64,000 nucleotides of DNA from Dehalococcoidia bacterium (GCA_965262055.1 CBDHEI010000002.1:1796721-1860720); one strand, 5' to 3'; numbered from the stretch's first letter, positions 39,526-49,563 are shown. Notes: generated by a model not told the origin, from the sequence alone. Numbers and translations are program-made.

Positions 39526-41754
39526 ATGACGACAGGCATCGTGTTGTCACAGATCGAGTACGACGTGGTAGGGAAGACACCGATCCGCCACGACGGGTAC
39601 GACAAGGTGACCGGCAAGGCGAGGTACGGGGCTGACATCAGCCTGCCCGGTCTGCTTCACGGCAATATACTTCGCAGCCCCCACGCGCACGCCAATGTGC
39701 TCTCTATCGACACCAGCCGGGCGGAGGCCCACCCCGACGTCAAGGCGGTCGTCACCGCCGGCGACCTCGCCTGCGCCGACGGCTGGGACTTGGGCGACAG
39801 GCACTTGAGCAACAAGATCCTCGCCGCCGGCAAGGTCGTCTTCAAGGGCCACCCGGTCGCAGCCGTGGCCGCGACGACGCCGCACGGCGCCGAGGAGGCG
39901 CTCTCCCTCATAGACGTGGAGTACGAGGTGCTGCCCGCCCTCACGGACGCCGAGGAGGCGATGAAGCCAGGCGCGCCGCAGGTCCACCCAGAGTATGAGG
40001 GCAACGTCACATCGTTCGACCAGTCGAAGCTGGGCGATATCGACAGGGGCTTCGCCGAGGCCGACGTGGTGGTGGAGCGCGAGTTCCGCACCAAGACGGT
40101 GCACCAGGGCTACATCGAGCCTCACAGCGCCACGGCATGGTGGGCCGCCGAGGAGAACAAGATCACCCTCTGGTGCAGCTCCCAGGGCCACTTCCAGATC
40201 GGCGAGAGTACCGCCCAGGTGCTCGGGCTCGCCTCTTCGCAGGTCAAGGTCATCCCGATGGAGATCGGGGGCGGCTTCGGCGGCAAGACGACCATCTACC
40301 TGGAGCCTGTAGCCGCCCTGCTCTCCAAGAAGAGCGGCCAGCCCGTCAAGCTCACCATGACTAGGGCCGAGGTGCTCGAGGCCAGCGGCCCCACGTCGGG
40401 CTCCTACATGAAGGTGAAGATGGGCGCCACCAAGGACGGCAAGCTGACCGCAGGTCAGGCCAGCCTGATGTTCGAGGCCGGCGGGTACGCGGGCTCTCCT
40501 GTGGGCGCTGCGACGATATGCATGTTCACCCCTTACGACCTAGACAACCTGCTCATCGACGCCTACGACGTGATCACGAACAAGCCCAAGACGACGGCGT
40601 ACCGGGCCCCCGGCGCGCCCATCGGCTCTTTCGCGTCCGAGACGCTCGTCGACGAGATATGCGAGAAGATCGGCATGGACCCGCTGGAGTTCCGGATAGC
40701 GAACGCCGCCAAAGAGGGGACGCGGCGGATCACCGGCCAGGTCAACCCGGTAATCGGGTGCATCGAGACCGCCGAGGCGGCCAGGGACCACGACCACTAC
40801 ACGACCCCCCTCGAAGGGCCCAACCAGGGACGCGGCGTCGCCTCCGGCTTCTGGGTCAATGGCGCCGGCCCCGCCTGCGCAACCGCCAACGTCAACTACG
40901 ACGGCACGGTGAGCCTCACCATAGGCTCGGTGGACATCGGCGGCACCCGCCCGGCCGCGGCCCAGCAGTTCGCGGAGGTACTCGGCATACGGGCCGAGGA
41001 CGTGAGCCCGCAGGTCGGCGACACCGAGTCCATCGGCTACACCTCCATGACCGGCGGCAGCGGCGCCGCGTTCAAGACGGGCTGGGCATGCTACGAGGCC
41101 GGCCAGGACGTCAAGCGGCAGATGCTGGAGCGCGCGGCCCTCCTCTGGGAGACCACCGCCGACCAGGTCGAGCTGGAGCACGGGGTCTTCCGGCACAGCT
41201 CGGACCCTGAGCTCAAGATGAGCTTCAAGGAGCTTGCGGGCATGCTGCCCGAGACGGGCGGCCCCATCGTGGGGCGCGCCAACCTCGACCCCGCGGGGGC
41301 CGGGAGCGCCTTCGCCACGGCGATAGTCGATGTGGAGGTGGACCCGGAGACGGGCAAGGTGGACGTCCTGCGTTGCACCATCGCCCAGGACGCCGGAAAG
41401 GCCGTCCACCCCAGCTACGTTGAGGGACAGATGCAGGGCGGTGTTGCGCAAGGCATCGGCTGGGCGCTCAACGAGGAGTACTTCATGAGCGGCGACGGGA
41501 AGATGCTCAACTCCAGCCTGCTCGACTACCGGATGCCCACCGCGCTCGACCTCCCGATGATCGACACGGTCATAGTGGAGGTGGCCAACCCTCATCACCC
41601 GTACGGCGTCAGGGGCGTGGCCGAGGTCCCGCTGGTTCCTCCGGTCGCGGCGACCGCGAACGCCGTCTACCACGCCACCGGCAAGCGCATGACCAACCTG
41701 CCCATCAACCCGGCCTCCATAGTTGAGGCTGTCAATGGGAGAAACGGCGCCTGA
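39526..41754 (+). CDS. Xanthine dehydrogenase/CoxL-like molybdopterin-binding subunit
   Basis: KVTGKARY, RSPHAHA, GGGFGGK, AYRAPG, GQMQGG, DYRMPT, GVRGVAE. Confidence 0.92.
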   Translation: MTTGIVLSQIEYDVVGKTPIRHDGYDKVTGKARYGADISLPGLLHGNILRSPHAHANVLSIDTSRAEAHPDVKAVVTAGDLACADGWDLGDRHLSNKILAAGKVVFKGHPVAAVAATTPHGAEEALSLIDVEYEVLPALTDAEEAMKPGAPQVHPEYEGNVTSFDQSKLGDIDRGFAEADVVVEREFRTKTVHQGYIEPHSATAWWAAEENKITLWCSSQGHFQIGESTAQVLGLASSQVKVIPMEIGGGFGGKTTIYLEPVAALLSKKSGQPVKLTMTRAEVLEASGPTSGSYMKVKMGATKDGKLTAGQASLMFEAGGYAGSPVGAATICMFTPYDLDNLLIDAYDVITNKPKTTAYRAPGAPIGSFASETLVDEICEKIGMDPLEFRIANAAKEGTRRITGQVNPVIGCIETAEAARDHDHYTTPLEGPNQGRGVASGFWVNGAGPACATANVNYDGTVSLTIGSVDIGGTRPAAAQQFAEVLGIRAEDVSPQVGDTESIGYTSMTGGSGAAFKTGWACYEAGQDVKRQMLERAALLWETTADQVELEHGVFRHSSDPELKMSFKELAGMLPETGGPIVGRANLDPAGAGSAFATAIVDVEVDPETGKVDVLRCTIAQDAGKAVHPSYVEGQMQGGVAQGIGWALNEEYFMSGDGKMLNSSLLDYRMPTALDLPMIDTVIVEVANPHHPYGVRGVAEVPLVPPVAATANAVYHATGKRMTNLPINPASIVEAVNGRNGA

Positions 41755-41880
41755 GGCCGCTGCCCCGAAATAGGATGAAGAACGAGGGGGCGGCTCGCAA
41801 GACCGCCCACTCGTCGTTTCGGAAGCTGCCGGCTCCCGGCTGGCTACTCCGCGTACTGGGCGAGGCGCCGCGGCACCGTG

Positions 41881-43029
41881 ATGGCTGATGAGATGGGCGG
41901 GATCGAGCTGGTCTCCACCGCGTCGCGCCTGGCCGAGGTCGTCGATGTCCTGTTGCAGGCCCCGCGAGTCGCCGTTGACCTCGAGTCGAACGGCTTCTTC
42001 AGGTATCACGAGTGCGTCTGTCTCGTGCAGCTCTCGGCGGGCGAGACCGCCTTCCTCGTAGATCCGCTGGCGATAGACGACATGGGGCCGCTTGGGGTGC
42101 TTCTGGGGGACCGGTCTGTCGAGAAGGTCTTTCATGCCGCCGACTACGACATCCGCAGCTTGGACCGCGACTGGGGGTTCCGGGTGGTCGGCCTGTTCGA
42201 CACCGGAATCGCCGCCGCCTTCGTCGGCTCGTCGCAGCTCGGCTTGCAGTCCGTGGTGCAGGAGCAGACGGGGGTGGCGCTGGCCAAGCCCCGGAAGCTC
42301 CAGCGGTCCGACTGGACGAGGCGTCCCCTGGAACCGGAGGCCTTGAGGTACGCAGCCGACGACGTTCTGCATCTCCAGCAGGTGCGCGAAGCGCTGTCTG
42401 CGAAATTGCAGGAACTGTCGCGGCTCGAGTGGGTGAAGGAGGAGTTCGCGCGGCTGGAGAGCGTGAGACATACTCCGGCGGACCGTGAGCGCGCCTACCT
42501 CTCGATTAAGGGCGGGCGTGGGCTCAACGGGAAAGACCTGGCCATCCTGCGCTCCCTGTTCAGGTTCCGTGAGCGGGAGGCCAGCCGCCGCGATCGTCCG
42601 CCCTTCAAGGTGATGCCGGATTCCGCGCTGATCGAGCTGGCGTCCGAGCCCGCGGCCGACCTCTCGAAGGTCAAGGGGCTGGGCCGTTTCGGCCGCCCTC
42701 CCGCCAACAAGGGCCTGAGAGACGTGATCGACGAGGGGCTCAAGTCCGCGCCTGTGACCCGGCCGAAGCGGGCGAGGACCGGCGAGGCACTGAGTCCGGC
42801 TGAGAGAAAGAAGGCCGAAGCCCGCCTCAAGAGTCTCAAGACGTGGCGCAAGGGACAGGGCTTAAAGCTGCTACTGGACCCGGCCCTGCTGTGGCCGGCC
42901 GTTAGCCTGGAGCGCCTTGCCCGGCGCCCTGACAGCCTCGACTCGGAGCTCGTCAGTGCCGAGGTACGAAGCTGGCAGCAGCGCGAGTTCCAGGCGTCAC
43001 TGGGCGGAGTCCTCGCATCTCTGGGCTGA
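41881..43029 (+). CDS. rnd: Ribonuclease D (3'-5' exonuclease + HRDC)
   Basis: VDLES, FHAADYD, FDT, SDWTRRPL, YAADD, HRDC region RDRPPFKV. Confidence 0.85.
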   Translation: MADEMGGIELVSTASRLAEVVDVLLQAPRVAVDLESNGFFRYHECVCLVQLSAGETAFLVDPLAIDDMGPLGVLLGDRSVEKVFHAADYDIRSLDRDWGFRVVGLFDTGIAAAFVGSSQLGLQSVVQEQTGVALAKPRKLQRSDWTRRPLEPEALRYAADDVLHLQQVREALSAKLQELSRLEWVKEEFARLESVRHTPADRERAYLSIKGGRGLNGKDLAILRSLFRFREREASRRDRPPFKVMPDSALIELASEPAADLSKVKGLGRFGRPPANKGLRDVIDEGLKSAPVTRPKRARTGEALSPAERKKAEARLKSLKTWRKGQGLKLLLDPALLWPAVSLERLARRPDSLDSELVSAEVRSWQQREFQASLGGVLASLG

Positions 43030-43164
43030 GCCGCGCGGCCAGCCGGCCTCGTCTGGCTCTGAAGGGAAACATAGGTGGTTGTCGTCCCGTATCCCCCTTA
43101 CAATACCGGCATGCGGAGGCTAGCCCCTTCGCCGTGAGTACAAGGTGTACATCGAGGTGACGAT

Positions 43165-44700
43165 GTGAGCGACCCCGACAAGACCGGCGCCGCTCCGAGT
43201 TCCTTGGGCAGGCTTGGAGTGGCAATCGGGTTGCTGGCGGGACTCAGGGGCCATGACTTCGCTGCCGCCCTGTCCTTCATGTCTCGGGTCTTCCCGCACG
43301 ACGGGTCGGCGACGCGGCTGGCCAAGTTCACACGCTGGGTACTGGACCAGATGCTCCGCGCCATACCCGATGCCCTGACGACGGCCACCTTCGCGAGCCG
43401 GGTTTCGAGAACGTCGATCTGGCTGTCGAGCGACAACCCGGTGGCCAACGTCCCTTGGTCCCACACCCCCGGAGCCGAACTCCCCCGTGAGGCCGAGGTC
43501 GTGGTAGTCGGGGCGGGCTTCACGGGAGCCGCGTGCGCCTACCACTGGTCGAAGCAGACCGGCGCCGGCCGCATGATCGTACTGGAGATGAACGAGGCGT
43601 CGTCGGGCGCCAGCGGACGTAACGAGGGGCTGGTCGTGATGGGCCGCTTCTACGCCATGGTGAAAGGTACGGTTGAGCAGAGCCTGGGGCGCGTGCGCAG
43701 GGACCTCTCAGCAGAGCAGCAGGCAAGGCTGGCGGCGAAGTTCGCGGCTGCATACTCGAAGAGCGCCTACAAGAACGCTGATCTCATAGAGCAGACGATC
43801 CGAGAAGAGGGCTTCGACTGCGACTACGCCCGTGCCGGTTGGATCCAGGGGGGCGGCGACGCCGCAGCCCTGGCGGAGGACGTGCGTCTCGGACGGGAAG
43901 CCGGCTTCGATGACTACACGACCATGTCCCCGCTGGATGCCGAGGAGCTGGGCGGTATCAGGCTAAGCGGCGACGCCGGCTTTTCCCAGCAGACCGCCTC
44001 GTGGCACCCCGCGCGCTGGGTCTGGTGCCTGCTGAGCGCGGCCCTCACGAAGGACAACGTCGATCTCTATACGCATACCAAGGTATTGGGCGTCAAGGAC
44101 ATGGGCGAGTACCACGCGGTGCTCACCGACCGGGGCACAGTCAAGGCGCGGCACGTGATCAACGCCACTGAGTCATACACCGCCATGCTCCACCCCGAGC
44201 TGCGGGGGGTACTGAAGCCCCTCCAGACGCAGGCGGCGTTCGCGGAGGGCGGCCCGGATGCCATGAAGCCGGAGGTAGGGCTGTCCGCCGGAGTCGCCTT
44301 CTTCGGCCGTGTGGAAGACGGCGTGCTCTTCGGCTCGGACGGCACCTTCATTCCTTACAACCAGGCCGGTCGCAACAGGCCGTCCAGGTTCATCACCAAG
44401 TTTCTATTCGGCGAATTGCACCGCTACTTTGGTCAGAGCGAGATGAGGGTGACGCGGGAATGGAGCTGCACCGCCGGCTTCACGGACGACGAGTTCCCGG
44501 TGGTAGGGGTGATCGACGGCAAGCGCCAATACATCATTGGCGGGATGTGCGGCTCCGGCTCCGCCGTCCACTTCAACGGCGCCAGGCACGTCGTGCAGCA
44601 GATACTCGGGTTGGACGGCCCAGATGACTACCCCGCGGAGTTCTTCGCTCCTTCCCGCGTCATGGACCCCGACAACCACCCCTGGCCGTCCCCAGACTAA
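43165..44700 (+). CDS. FAD-dependent oxidoreductase (DAO family)
   Basis: VVVGAGFTG, GASGRNEG, VINATE, GFTDDEFPVVG. Confidence 0.88.
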   Translation: MSDPDKTGAAPSSLGRLGVAIGLLAGLRGHDFAAALSFMSRVFPHDGSATRLAKFTRWVLDQMLRAIPDALTTATFASRVSRTSIWLSSDNPVANVPWSHTPGAELPREAEVVVVGAGFTGAACAYHWSKQTGAGRMIVLEMNEASSGASGRNEGLVVMGRFYAMVKGTVEQSLGRVRRDLSAEQQARLAAKFAAAYSKSAYKNADLIEQTIREEGFDCDYARAGWIQGGGDAAALAEDVRLGREAGFDDYTTMSPLDAEELGGIRLSGDAGFSQQTASWHPARWVWCLLSAALTKDNVDLYTHTKVLGVKDMGEYHAVLTDRGTVKARHVINATESYTAMLHPELRGVLKPLQTQAAFAEGGPDAMKPEVGLSAGVAFFGRVEDGVLFGSDGTFIPYNQAGRNRPSRFITKFLFGELHRYFGQSEMRVTREWSCTAGFTDDEFPVVGVIDGKRQYIIGGMCGSGSAVHFNGARHVVQQILGLDGPDDYPAEFFAPSRVMDPDNHPWPSPD

Positions 44701-44781
44701 CGAGCACAGCGCCTTGATGCCCGCCGCCTACGACCTTAACATTCAGACGTCAGCAAGCAGTAAACACCCTGGAGGTTCCCG

Positions 44782-45891
44782 ATGGCTAAGTACCGCGCAG
44801 GCGTGATTGGGCTCGGATGGATGGGCATGATGTACGACCTGGCGCACCGCCCGGGTCCGGCCGCGGCCCAACCAAGGTTCGACCTGGGGTCTGTGGACAG
44901 GCCCACGCCCGAACTCGACGTTCACCGCACCTTCCACATTCACGACCACCCTGGGGAGGAATCCCTGGTAGCCAGCTACGCGGAAGCCTTTGCAGACCGA
45001 CCGGACGTAGAGCTGGTGGCCGCGGCGGAGCGAGACGAGAAGCGGCTCGCCGTCTTTGCGGAGCGTTACGGGGCCACCGGCCTGTACACTGACGCCGCCG
45101 AGATGCTGCGCGAGGCCAGGCTGGACCTCGTGGCCATCGCCATCAACATACCGGGGCGCGCGGAGCTCACCGCCCTCGCGGTCGAACATGGCGTCAAGGG
45201 GATAGTCACCGAGAAGCCGATGGTGAACAGTCTGCAGGATGCCGACCTGATGGTCGACTCGTGTGCCGCCGCCGGCGTGCCGCTGATGTGCGGCGCCATT
45301 ACGACCAGCCACCCCTCCTTCGCAGCCGCCAAGAAGCTCATCAGAGACGGAGCTATCGGCGATCTGCTGTCTATCGAGGCCACCTCGGGGTCGCAGCACC
45401 AGAACTGGAGCTACTTCATGGACAGCGGCCCGGCTTGGGTGGTGGGAACGGGAGACTCCTCGCGCCGCGAGACTGGCAGCGACGAGTTCACCGGGCAGGG
45501 GTTCGCCGTCGGTCATGACGGGCTGGTGGTCCACTTCCGCAAGGGCGCTCCCATGGTGCGGCTCACGGGGTCCGCGGGAGAGATGGCGCATTCGCAGCTC
45601 CAGCCCTGGCGCCTGTGGCAGGACGTCGAGGCGAACGGCAGGCGCGGGCGGGTCGAGATGCCGTGGCCGGGTCCGCAGATCGTCTCCGCTCAAGGGGCGG
45701 TCTACGGCATCAACGACGTGATCGACTGCATAGAGGGCAGGCTGGACGAGCCCAAGAACTCCGGGCGGCGGGTTGCCACCGCGCTGGAGGTGGAGATAGC
45801 GTTGAAGCAGTCCTCGGCCCGCGGCGGGGCCAGGGTGGACCTGCCGTTGGAGGACCGGTCCCTGCGCCTGAACTACGACTGGTTCCGGTAG
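44782..45891 (+). CDS. Gfo/Idh/MocA family oxidoreductase
   Basis: GVIGLGWMG and EKPM motif. Confidence 0.85.
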   Translation: MAKYRAGVIGLGWMGMMYDLAHRPGPAAAQPRFDLGSVDRPTPELDVHRTFHIHDHPGEESLVASYAEAFADRPDVELVAAAERDEKRLAVFAERYGATGLYTDAAEMLREARLDLVAIAINIPGRAELTALAVEHGVKGIVTEKPMVNSLQDADLMVDSCAAAGVPLMCGAITTSHPSFAAAKKLIRDGAIGDLLSIEATSGSQHQNWSYFMDSGPAWVVGTGDSSRRETGSDEFTGQGFAVGHDGLVVHFRKGAPMVRLTGSAGEMAHSQLQPWRLWQDVEANGRRGRVEMPWPGPQIVSAQGAVYGINDVIDCIEGRLDEPKNSGRRVATALEVEIALKQSSARGGARVDLPLEDRSLRLNYDWFR

Positions 45892-45914
45892 CAGGCGTCG
45901 GCGGGAGGGCCGAG

Positions 45915-47054
45915 TTGGCTATCTCCCTGTCGCCGCTCCAGGCCCGGAAACTGCGCCTGCGGGCGCAGCACCTCCCCGCCAGGTCGGAGTCAGGCGTGGA
46001 CGAGGTCGTGCTAGGCCTATGCGGCGTGCAGGTGCAGGACGCTCAGGCGGCCGCGTTGGCAGTGCGCGCACGGGCGGGCGGGACCGCCGCTGACGTCGAA
46101 CGGGCGCGCGTGGAGCGGCGCTCCATAGTGCGGACCTGGGCCATGCGCGGCACGATTCACCTCATGGCGGCAGAAGATGTCAGGCAGCTGCTGCCCCTCG
46201 TGGGCCCGCCAGCCATCCGGGCGACCCGACGCCGGTACGCCGAGTTGGGGCTGGACGAGGAGGTCTGCTCCAGGGCCGTATCGGCGGTGGGCCGGGCGCT
46301 GGAGGATCATGGGCCGATGACCCGCGCAGGCGTTTCAAGCTACCTGTCCAAGGTGGGGCTACCGGCTCAGGGGCAGGCCCCATGCCATATTCTTAGGCGG
46401 GCAGCATTGGAGGGAGTGATATGCTTCGGCCCCAACATGGACGGCACACCGTCGTACTCTCTGGTGGATGCCTTGGTATCCGCGTCGCAGGATGGGGCTG
46501 ACGGCCTGCTGCAGGGTTTCGCCATCCGGTATCTTCGGGCCTACGGACCGGCTGACCAGGCGGACTTCGCGGCATGGTCGGGGCTTACGATGAAGCAGGC
46601 GCGGGCTGCATTCGAGATGGCGGCAGACGATATGGACGAGGTCGACGTGTCCGGCTCTCGATGGTGGATGCCAAGGGGCCGGGCGGAATGGCTGGAAGAG
46701 CAGCCTGGAGACGAGCCGGTCGTGCGCCTGTTGCCGGCTTTTGACCCTTACTTGCTCGGGTACCGGAGCCGCGACCTCGGCGTGAGCGGCGAGCTTGCGC
46801 GGCGTATCCATCCCGGCGGCGGCGTGATACGTCCCGCCCTGCTGGTCGACGGGCGCGCTGCGGGGACCTGGTCGCTCCGGCGCGCCAAGGGTGGCGCCTC
46901 CATAGTCGTCAACCCGTTTGAGGCCCTGTCGGGGCTGACAGAGGAGGGCATCGATAGAGAGGCCGCGGACATCGGCAGGTTCCTGGGTATGGAAGCGGAT
47001 GTGAAGATAGAAGGCGGCAACTCGATTCCAGGGGGCATCGGAGGACGCCATTGA
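45915..47054 (+). CDS. AlkZ/YcaQ-like winged-helix DNA glycosylase
   Basis: GVQVQD (QxQ), RTWAMRGTIHL, YLRAYGP, LLPAFDPYLLGY, LVDGRAAGTW; TTG start with SD GGGAGG. Confidence 0.85.
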   Translation: MAISLSPLQARKLRLRAQHLPARSESGVDEVVLGLCGVQVQDAQAAALAVRARAGGTAADVERARVERRSIVRTWAMRGTIHLMAAEDVRQLLPLVGPPAIRATRRRYAELGLDEEVCSRAVSAVGRALEDHGPMTRAGVSSYLSKVGLPAQGQAPCHILRRAALEGVICFGPNMDGTPSYSLVDALVSASQDGADGLLQGFAIRYLRAYGPADQADFAAWSGLTMKQARAAFEMAADDMDEVDVSGSRWWMPRGRAEWLEEQPGDEPVVRLLPAFDPYLLGYRSRDLGVSGELARRIHPGGGVIRPALLVDGRAAGTWSLRRAKGGASIVVNPFEALSGLTEEGIDREAADIGRFLGMEADVKIEGGNSIPGGIGGRH

Positions 47055-47413
47055 GGTTGTTTCCGTACGGCATAGCGAAGGGCCAAATCGGGCAGACGCT
47101 CGCGGCCTTCTCCGGATACTTCCTGGGCTCGGCCCTTACCAGCATCGTCGCGGGCTCCGAATGGCTGCCTGTGGCCATTCGGGTGGCCGCCTCCATTCTG
47201 CTCTTCGCCCTGTCTCAGTACCTGCGCATCGAGCGCCTGTGGCCCAGCGTAGTCAGCGGGTTCGGGTTCGCCCTCGTGGTCGCCGGAGTCATAGGCTTGT
47301 TCCGCGACCTGCGGGTGGCGGTGGCGATGGTCGAGATCGCAGTCGGAACGGCGTTGTTCCTGGGGTCCATGGCCGTGTTGGCTTTCCGCGGGGAGGAGGA
47401 GTCTCCGAAGTGA
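47051..47413 (+). CDS. Small membrane protein
   Basis: Four hydrophobic segments; overlaps both neighbours by 4 nt. Confidence 0.6.
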   Translation: MRLFPYGIAKGQIGQTLAAFSGYFLGSALTSIVAGSEWLPVAIRVAASILLFALSQYLRIERLWPSVVSGFGFALVVAGVIGLFRDLRVAVAMVEIAVGTALFLGSMAVLAFRGEEESPK

Positions 47414-47973
47414 GACGGCTCTGCCTGGTGCACTGGGACATTGCGGAGGCCGAGAAGAAGGCCCCGGGCCTGAAAGACCTTGGATACGAGGTTGAGTGCG
47501 CGGCTCCGAGAGGATACCCCGGCCTGAGGCCGCTGCGGGACTCGCCCCCGGACGTGCCGGCGGTCCCTCCGTCGCCGATGGAAGGGTACTCGGGAACGCC
47601 ACTGCCCCGAAAGCTTGGCTTGAAGCCGGCATCGACTGTCGCGCTGCTGGGCGCTCCGGACGGGTTCGAGGCGACCCTTGGCGAACTGCCTGACGGGCTC
47701 GTGTTTACGCGCGGAGCGGGTGGTTCCTGCGACGTGGTGCTGTGGTTTGTGAGGTCGCGGGCGGAGCTGGAAGGGGAGATGGGCCGGATTGGGGCAGGCC
47801 TGGGAGGCGGGCGGCTTTGGATCATCTGGCCCAAGAAGGCGTCGGGGGTGGTCACCGACGTTACCCAACAGCTTGTGCGGGAGGTTGGGCTTGGCGCTGG
47901 CATGGTCGACTACAAGGTGTGCTCGGTCGACGCGACGTGGTCGGGGCTGCTGTTCGCCCGGCGCAAAGCGTAG
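47410..47973 (+). CDS. DUF3052-like protein
   Basis: GYSGTPLPRKLGLK, LWIIWPKKAS, GMVDYKVCSVDATWSGL. Confidence 0.75.
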   Translation: MRRLCLVHWDIAEAEKKAPGLKDLGYEVECAAPRGYPGLRPLRDSPPDVPAVPPSPMEGYSGTPLPRKLGLKPASTVALLGAPDGFEATLGELPDGLVFTRGAGGSCDVVLWFVRSRAELEGEMGRIGAGLGGGRLWIIWPKKASGVVTDVTQQLVREVGLGAGMVDYKVCSVDATWSGLLFARRKA

Positions 47974-47980
47974 GGCGAGA

Positions 47981-48433
47981 CTAGCGGGGCCTGGCCCGGC
48001 TCGCCTCGTAGAGTTCTATGAAGCTGTCCACGCTCGTGAGGGCGACGGCCTCCGCGATCAGGTCGAGGGGGAGGTCGTCTAGCTTCTTGAAGCGGACGCA
48101 TGCCTTACCCATATCGAGTCTCTTGCCGCTGGCCCTGTAGCGCTCGGTGAACCACCGCTCCGTCTCAACGTCGCTGTAGATGTTCATCAGGTAGACGGAG
48201 ACGTAGTTCTTCTGGGACGCCAGCGCGGCGTAGCTCAGCGCTTGGCCGTTGTAGGTCTTGGGGTACCTCTCCAGTGGGACGACGTAGCTGATCATGCCGA
48301 ACTGCATGGCCTCTTTGTAGCCGCCCGGGAGGTTGTCTAGGATGACCGTCCTCACTGCCTCTACGGTCTGGCGCCGTTCGGCGGGCAGCTCCCTGAGGTA
48401 CTCTTCTACCGTTGCGGCTTTGCTGTATGCCAT
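47981..48433 (-). CDS. DUF1801 family protein
   Basis: TVEEYL, GMISYVVP, ASQKNYVSVY, DMGKACVRFK. Confidence 0.8.
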   Translation of the reverse strand: MAYSKAATVEEYLRELPAERRQTVEAVRTVILDNLPGGYKEAMQFGMISYVVPLERYPKTYNGQALSYAALASQKNYVSVYLMNIYSDVETERWFTERYRASGKRLDMGKACVRFKKLDDLPLDLIAEAVALTSVDSFIELYEASRARPR

Positions 48434-48534
48434 CGCGTATCTCCCACCAGACGTGCTCGACGGGCCTCGGCTCTGCCCGCAGGCTCAAGGCGGCCGGAGG
48501 CCCGTCCCAATGATACACACGCTTTCGTCGTTAT

Positions 48535-48981
48535 CTAGGCCGAGTCGCCTCCAGAGTCCGGCGTCGTCTCGGTTGACGGGACTGGCTCGCCTTTCCAGAA
48601 GCGTCCCCCGTGGCCTCTTCCGCCACGCCAACGATTGTGGCCGAAGGCCTTGCCGTGGCCTCCCCACGATTCTATGGAATCGGGTTTGGCATCGTACCAC
48701 TCCTGGATTTCGTCGGCCTGCTCCTGGGTGAGCTTGCCGCTCTCGACCATGGCGGCCAGGTTGTTCTCGATGGACTCGTCCATCATCTCCTGCCTGGCCT
48801 GTGTGAAGGCGTCCTGTACCGTTTGCTTTTCCAGGCCGAGGATTTCCGCGACCCGCGAGACGAACCCCTTGATGGTCGAGCCGTCTTCGGAGTCGCTCTC
48901 CTGGGCCATCACGGCCCCACCGCCGATGCCAATCGCCAGCACGGCCAGCGCTGCTGCTGCTATCAAGACACTTCTTCTCAT
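48535..48981 (-). CDS. Secreted hypothetical protein
   Basis: Signal peptide (VMA-Q), RVAEILG, GKLTQEQAD, Gly/His/Arg-rich tail. Confidence 0.7.
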   Translation of the reverse strand: MRRSVLIAAAALAVLAIGIGGGAVMAQESDSEDGSTIKGFVSRVAEILGLEKQTVQDAFTQARQEMMDESIENNLAAMVESGKLTQEQADEIQEWYDAKPDSIESWGGHGKAFGHNRWRGGRGHGGRFWKGEPVPSTETTPDSGGDSA

Positions 48982-49312
48982 ACGCTATTTCCTTTCACTC
49001 GTTTGGCTTGCCTGCTCTACAGACAAGTCTAGGGGGTGAGTATTAAGGAAATGCGAACCCCCGTGAGGGGAGTGCCGGAAAGAGGCAGACCCCCGGTGCT
49101 CAGCTCACCGAGGGCCTGCTTTGGAAGGAGCCAATGCTGGAAAAACTCCCAGTTTCGGGGGAAAGCGGTCAATCCTTCAGCACTGGCGGGGAGATTTGTA
49201 CTACATGATGTGTGCCGTGTCAACCCCTATGCAAGATGTAGTTGGATTCTCTTTTCGTGGATGGGCTATCGCCCCGCGGTGGGGGCGCCGCAACTCGGGG
49301 AGAATCCCGATA

Positions 49313-49428
49313 TCTGTCTCATTCTGTCTCATTCAGCTTTGGCTTGCGAGACAAGTGCCTGACACGAAGGAGGCAGAATGAGAGTCCAGCGAGACAGAAT
49401 GAGAACCGAACGAGACAGAATGAGACAC
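49313..49428 (-). repeat. 21-bp-period TCTCATTCTGTCTC repeats plus an inverted copy
   Basis: Units GTGTCTCATTCTGTCTCGTTC / GGTTCTCATTCTGTCTCGCTG / GACTCTCATTCTGCCTCCTTC, then AGCCAAAGCTGAATGAGACAGAATGAGAC. Confidence 0.78.
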
Positions 49429-49563
49429 TGCGTCGGGGGGCGTTGGGGGCCGTCTCGAAGCCACAGCTGCAGGGAGGGCGGGTTTCAAACCCACCCCTAC
49501 GCCGTGCGGGTGATGAGGGACGATCCACGTGAGGCCGGTCCGTGTCGTTAGCGCTAGCGTCAT
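49333..49563 (-). CDS. Putative small protein with SHSVSF heptads
   Basis: SD GAGGAG 5 nt before ATG, promoter upstream, homology to 38690-38896. Confidence 0.35.
   Translation of the reverse strand: MTLALTTRTGLTWIVPHHPHGVGVGLKPALPAAVASRRPPTPPDAVSHSVSFGSHSVSLDSHSASFVSGTCLASQS
49476..49500 (-). repeat. GTAG-type REP
   Basis: GTAGGGGTGGGTTTGAAACCCGCCC on the minus strand. Confidence 0.75.

Noticed and set aside
39526..41754. Aerobic CO dehydrogenase CoxL
   Set aside because: Lacks the AYRCSFR motif and adjacent coxMS genes.
49054..49120. Hairpins upstream of gene 48535-48981 as a riboswitch
   Set aside because: Stems exist, but I recognise no aptamer consensus.
49313..49428. Possible CRISPR array in the GAGACAGAATGA repeats
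   Set aside because: Period is 21 bp with only ~7 variable nt, just three units and no cas genes.
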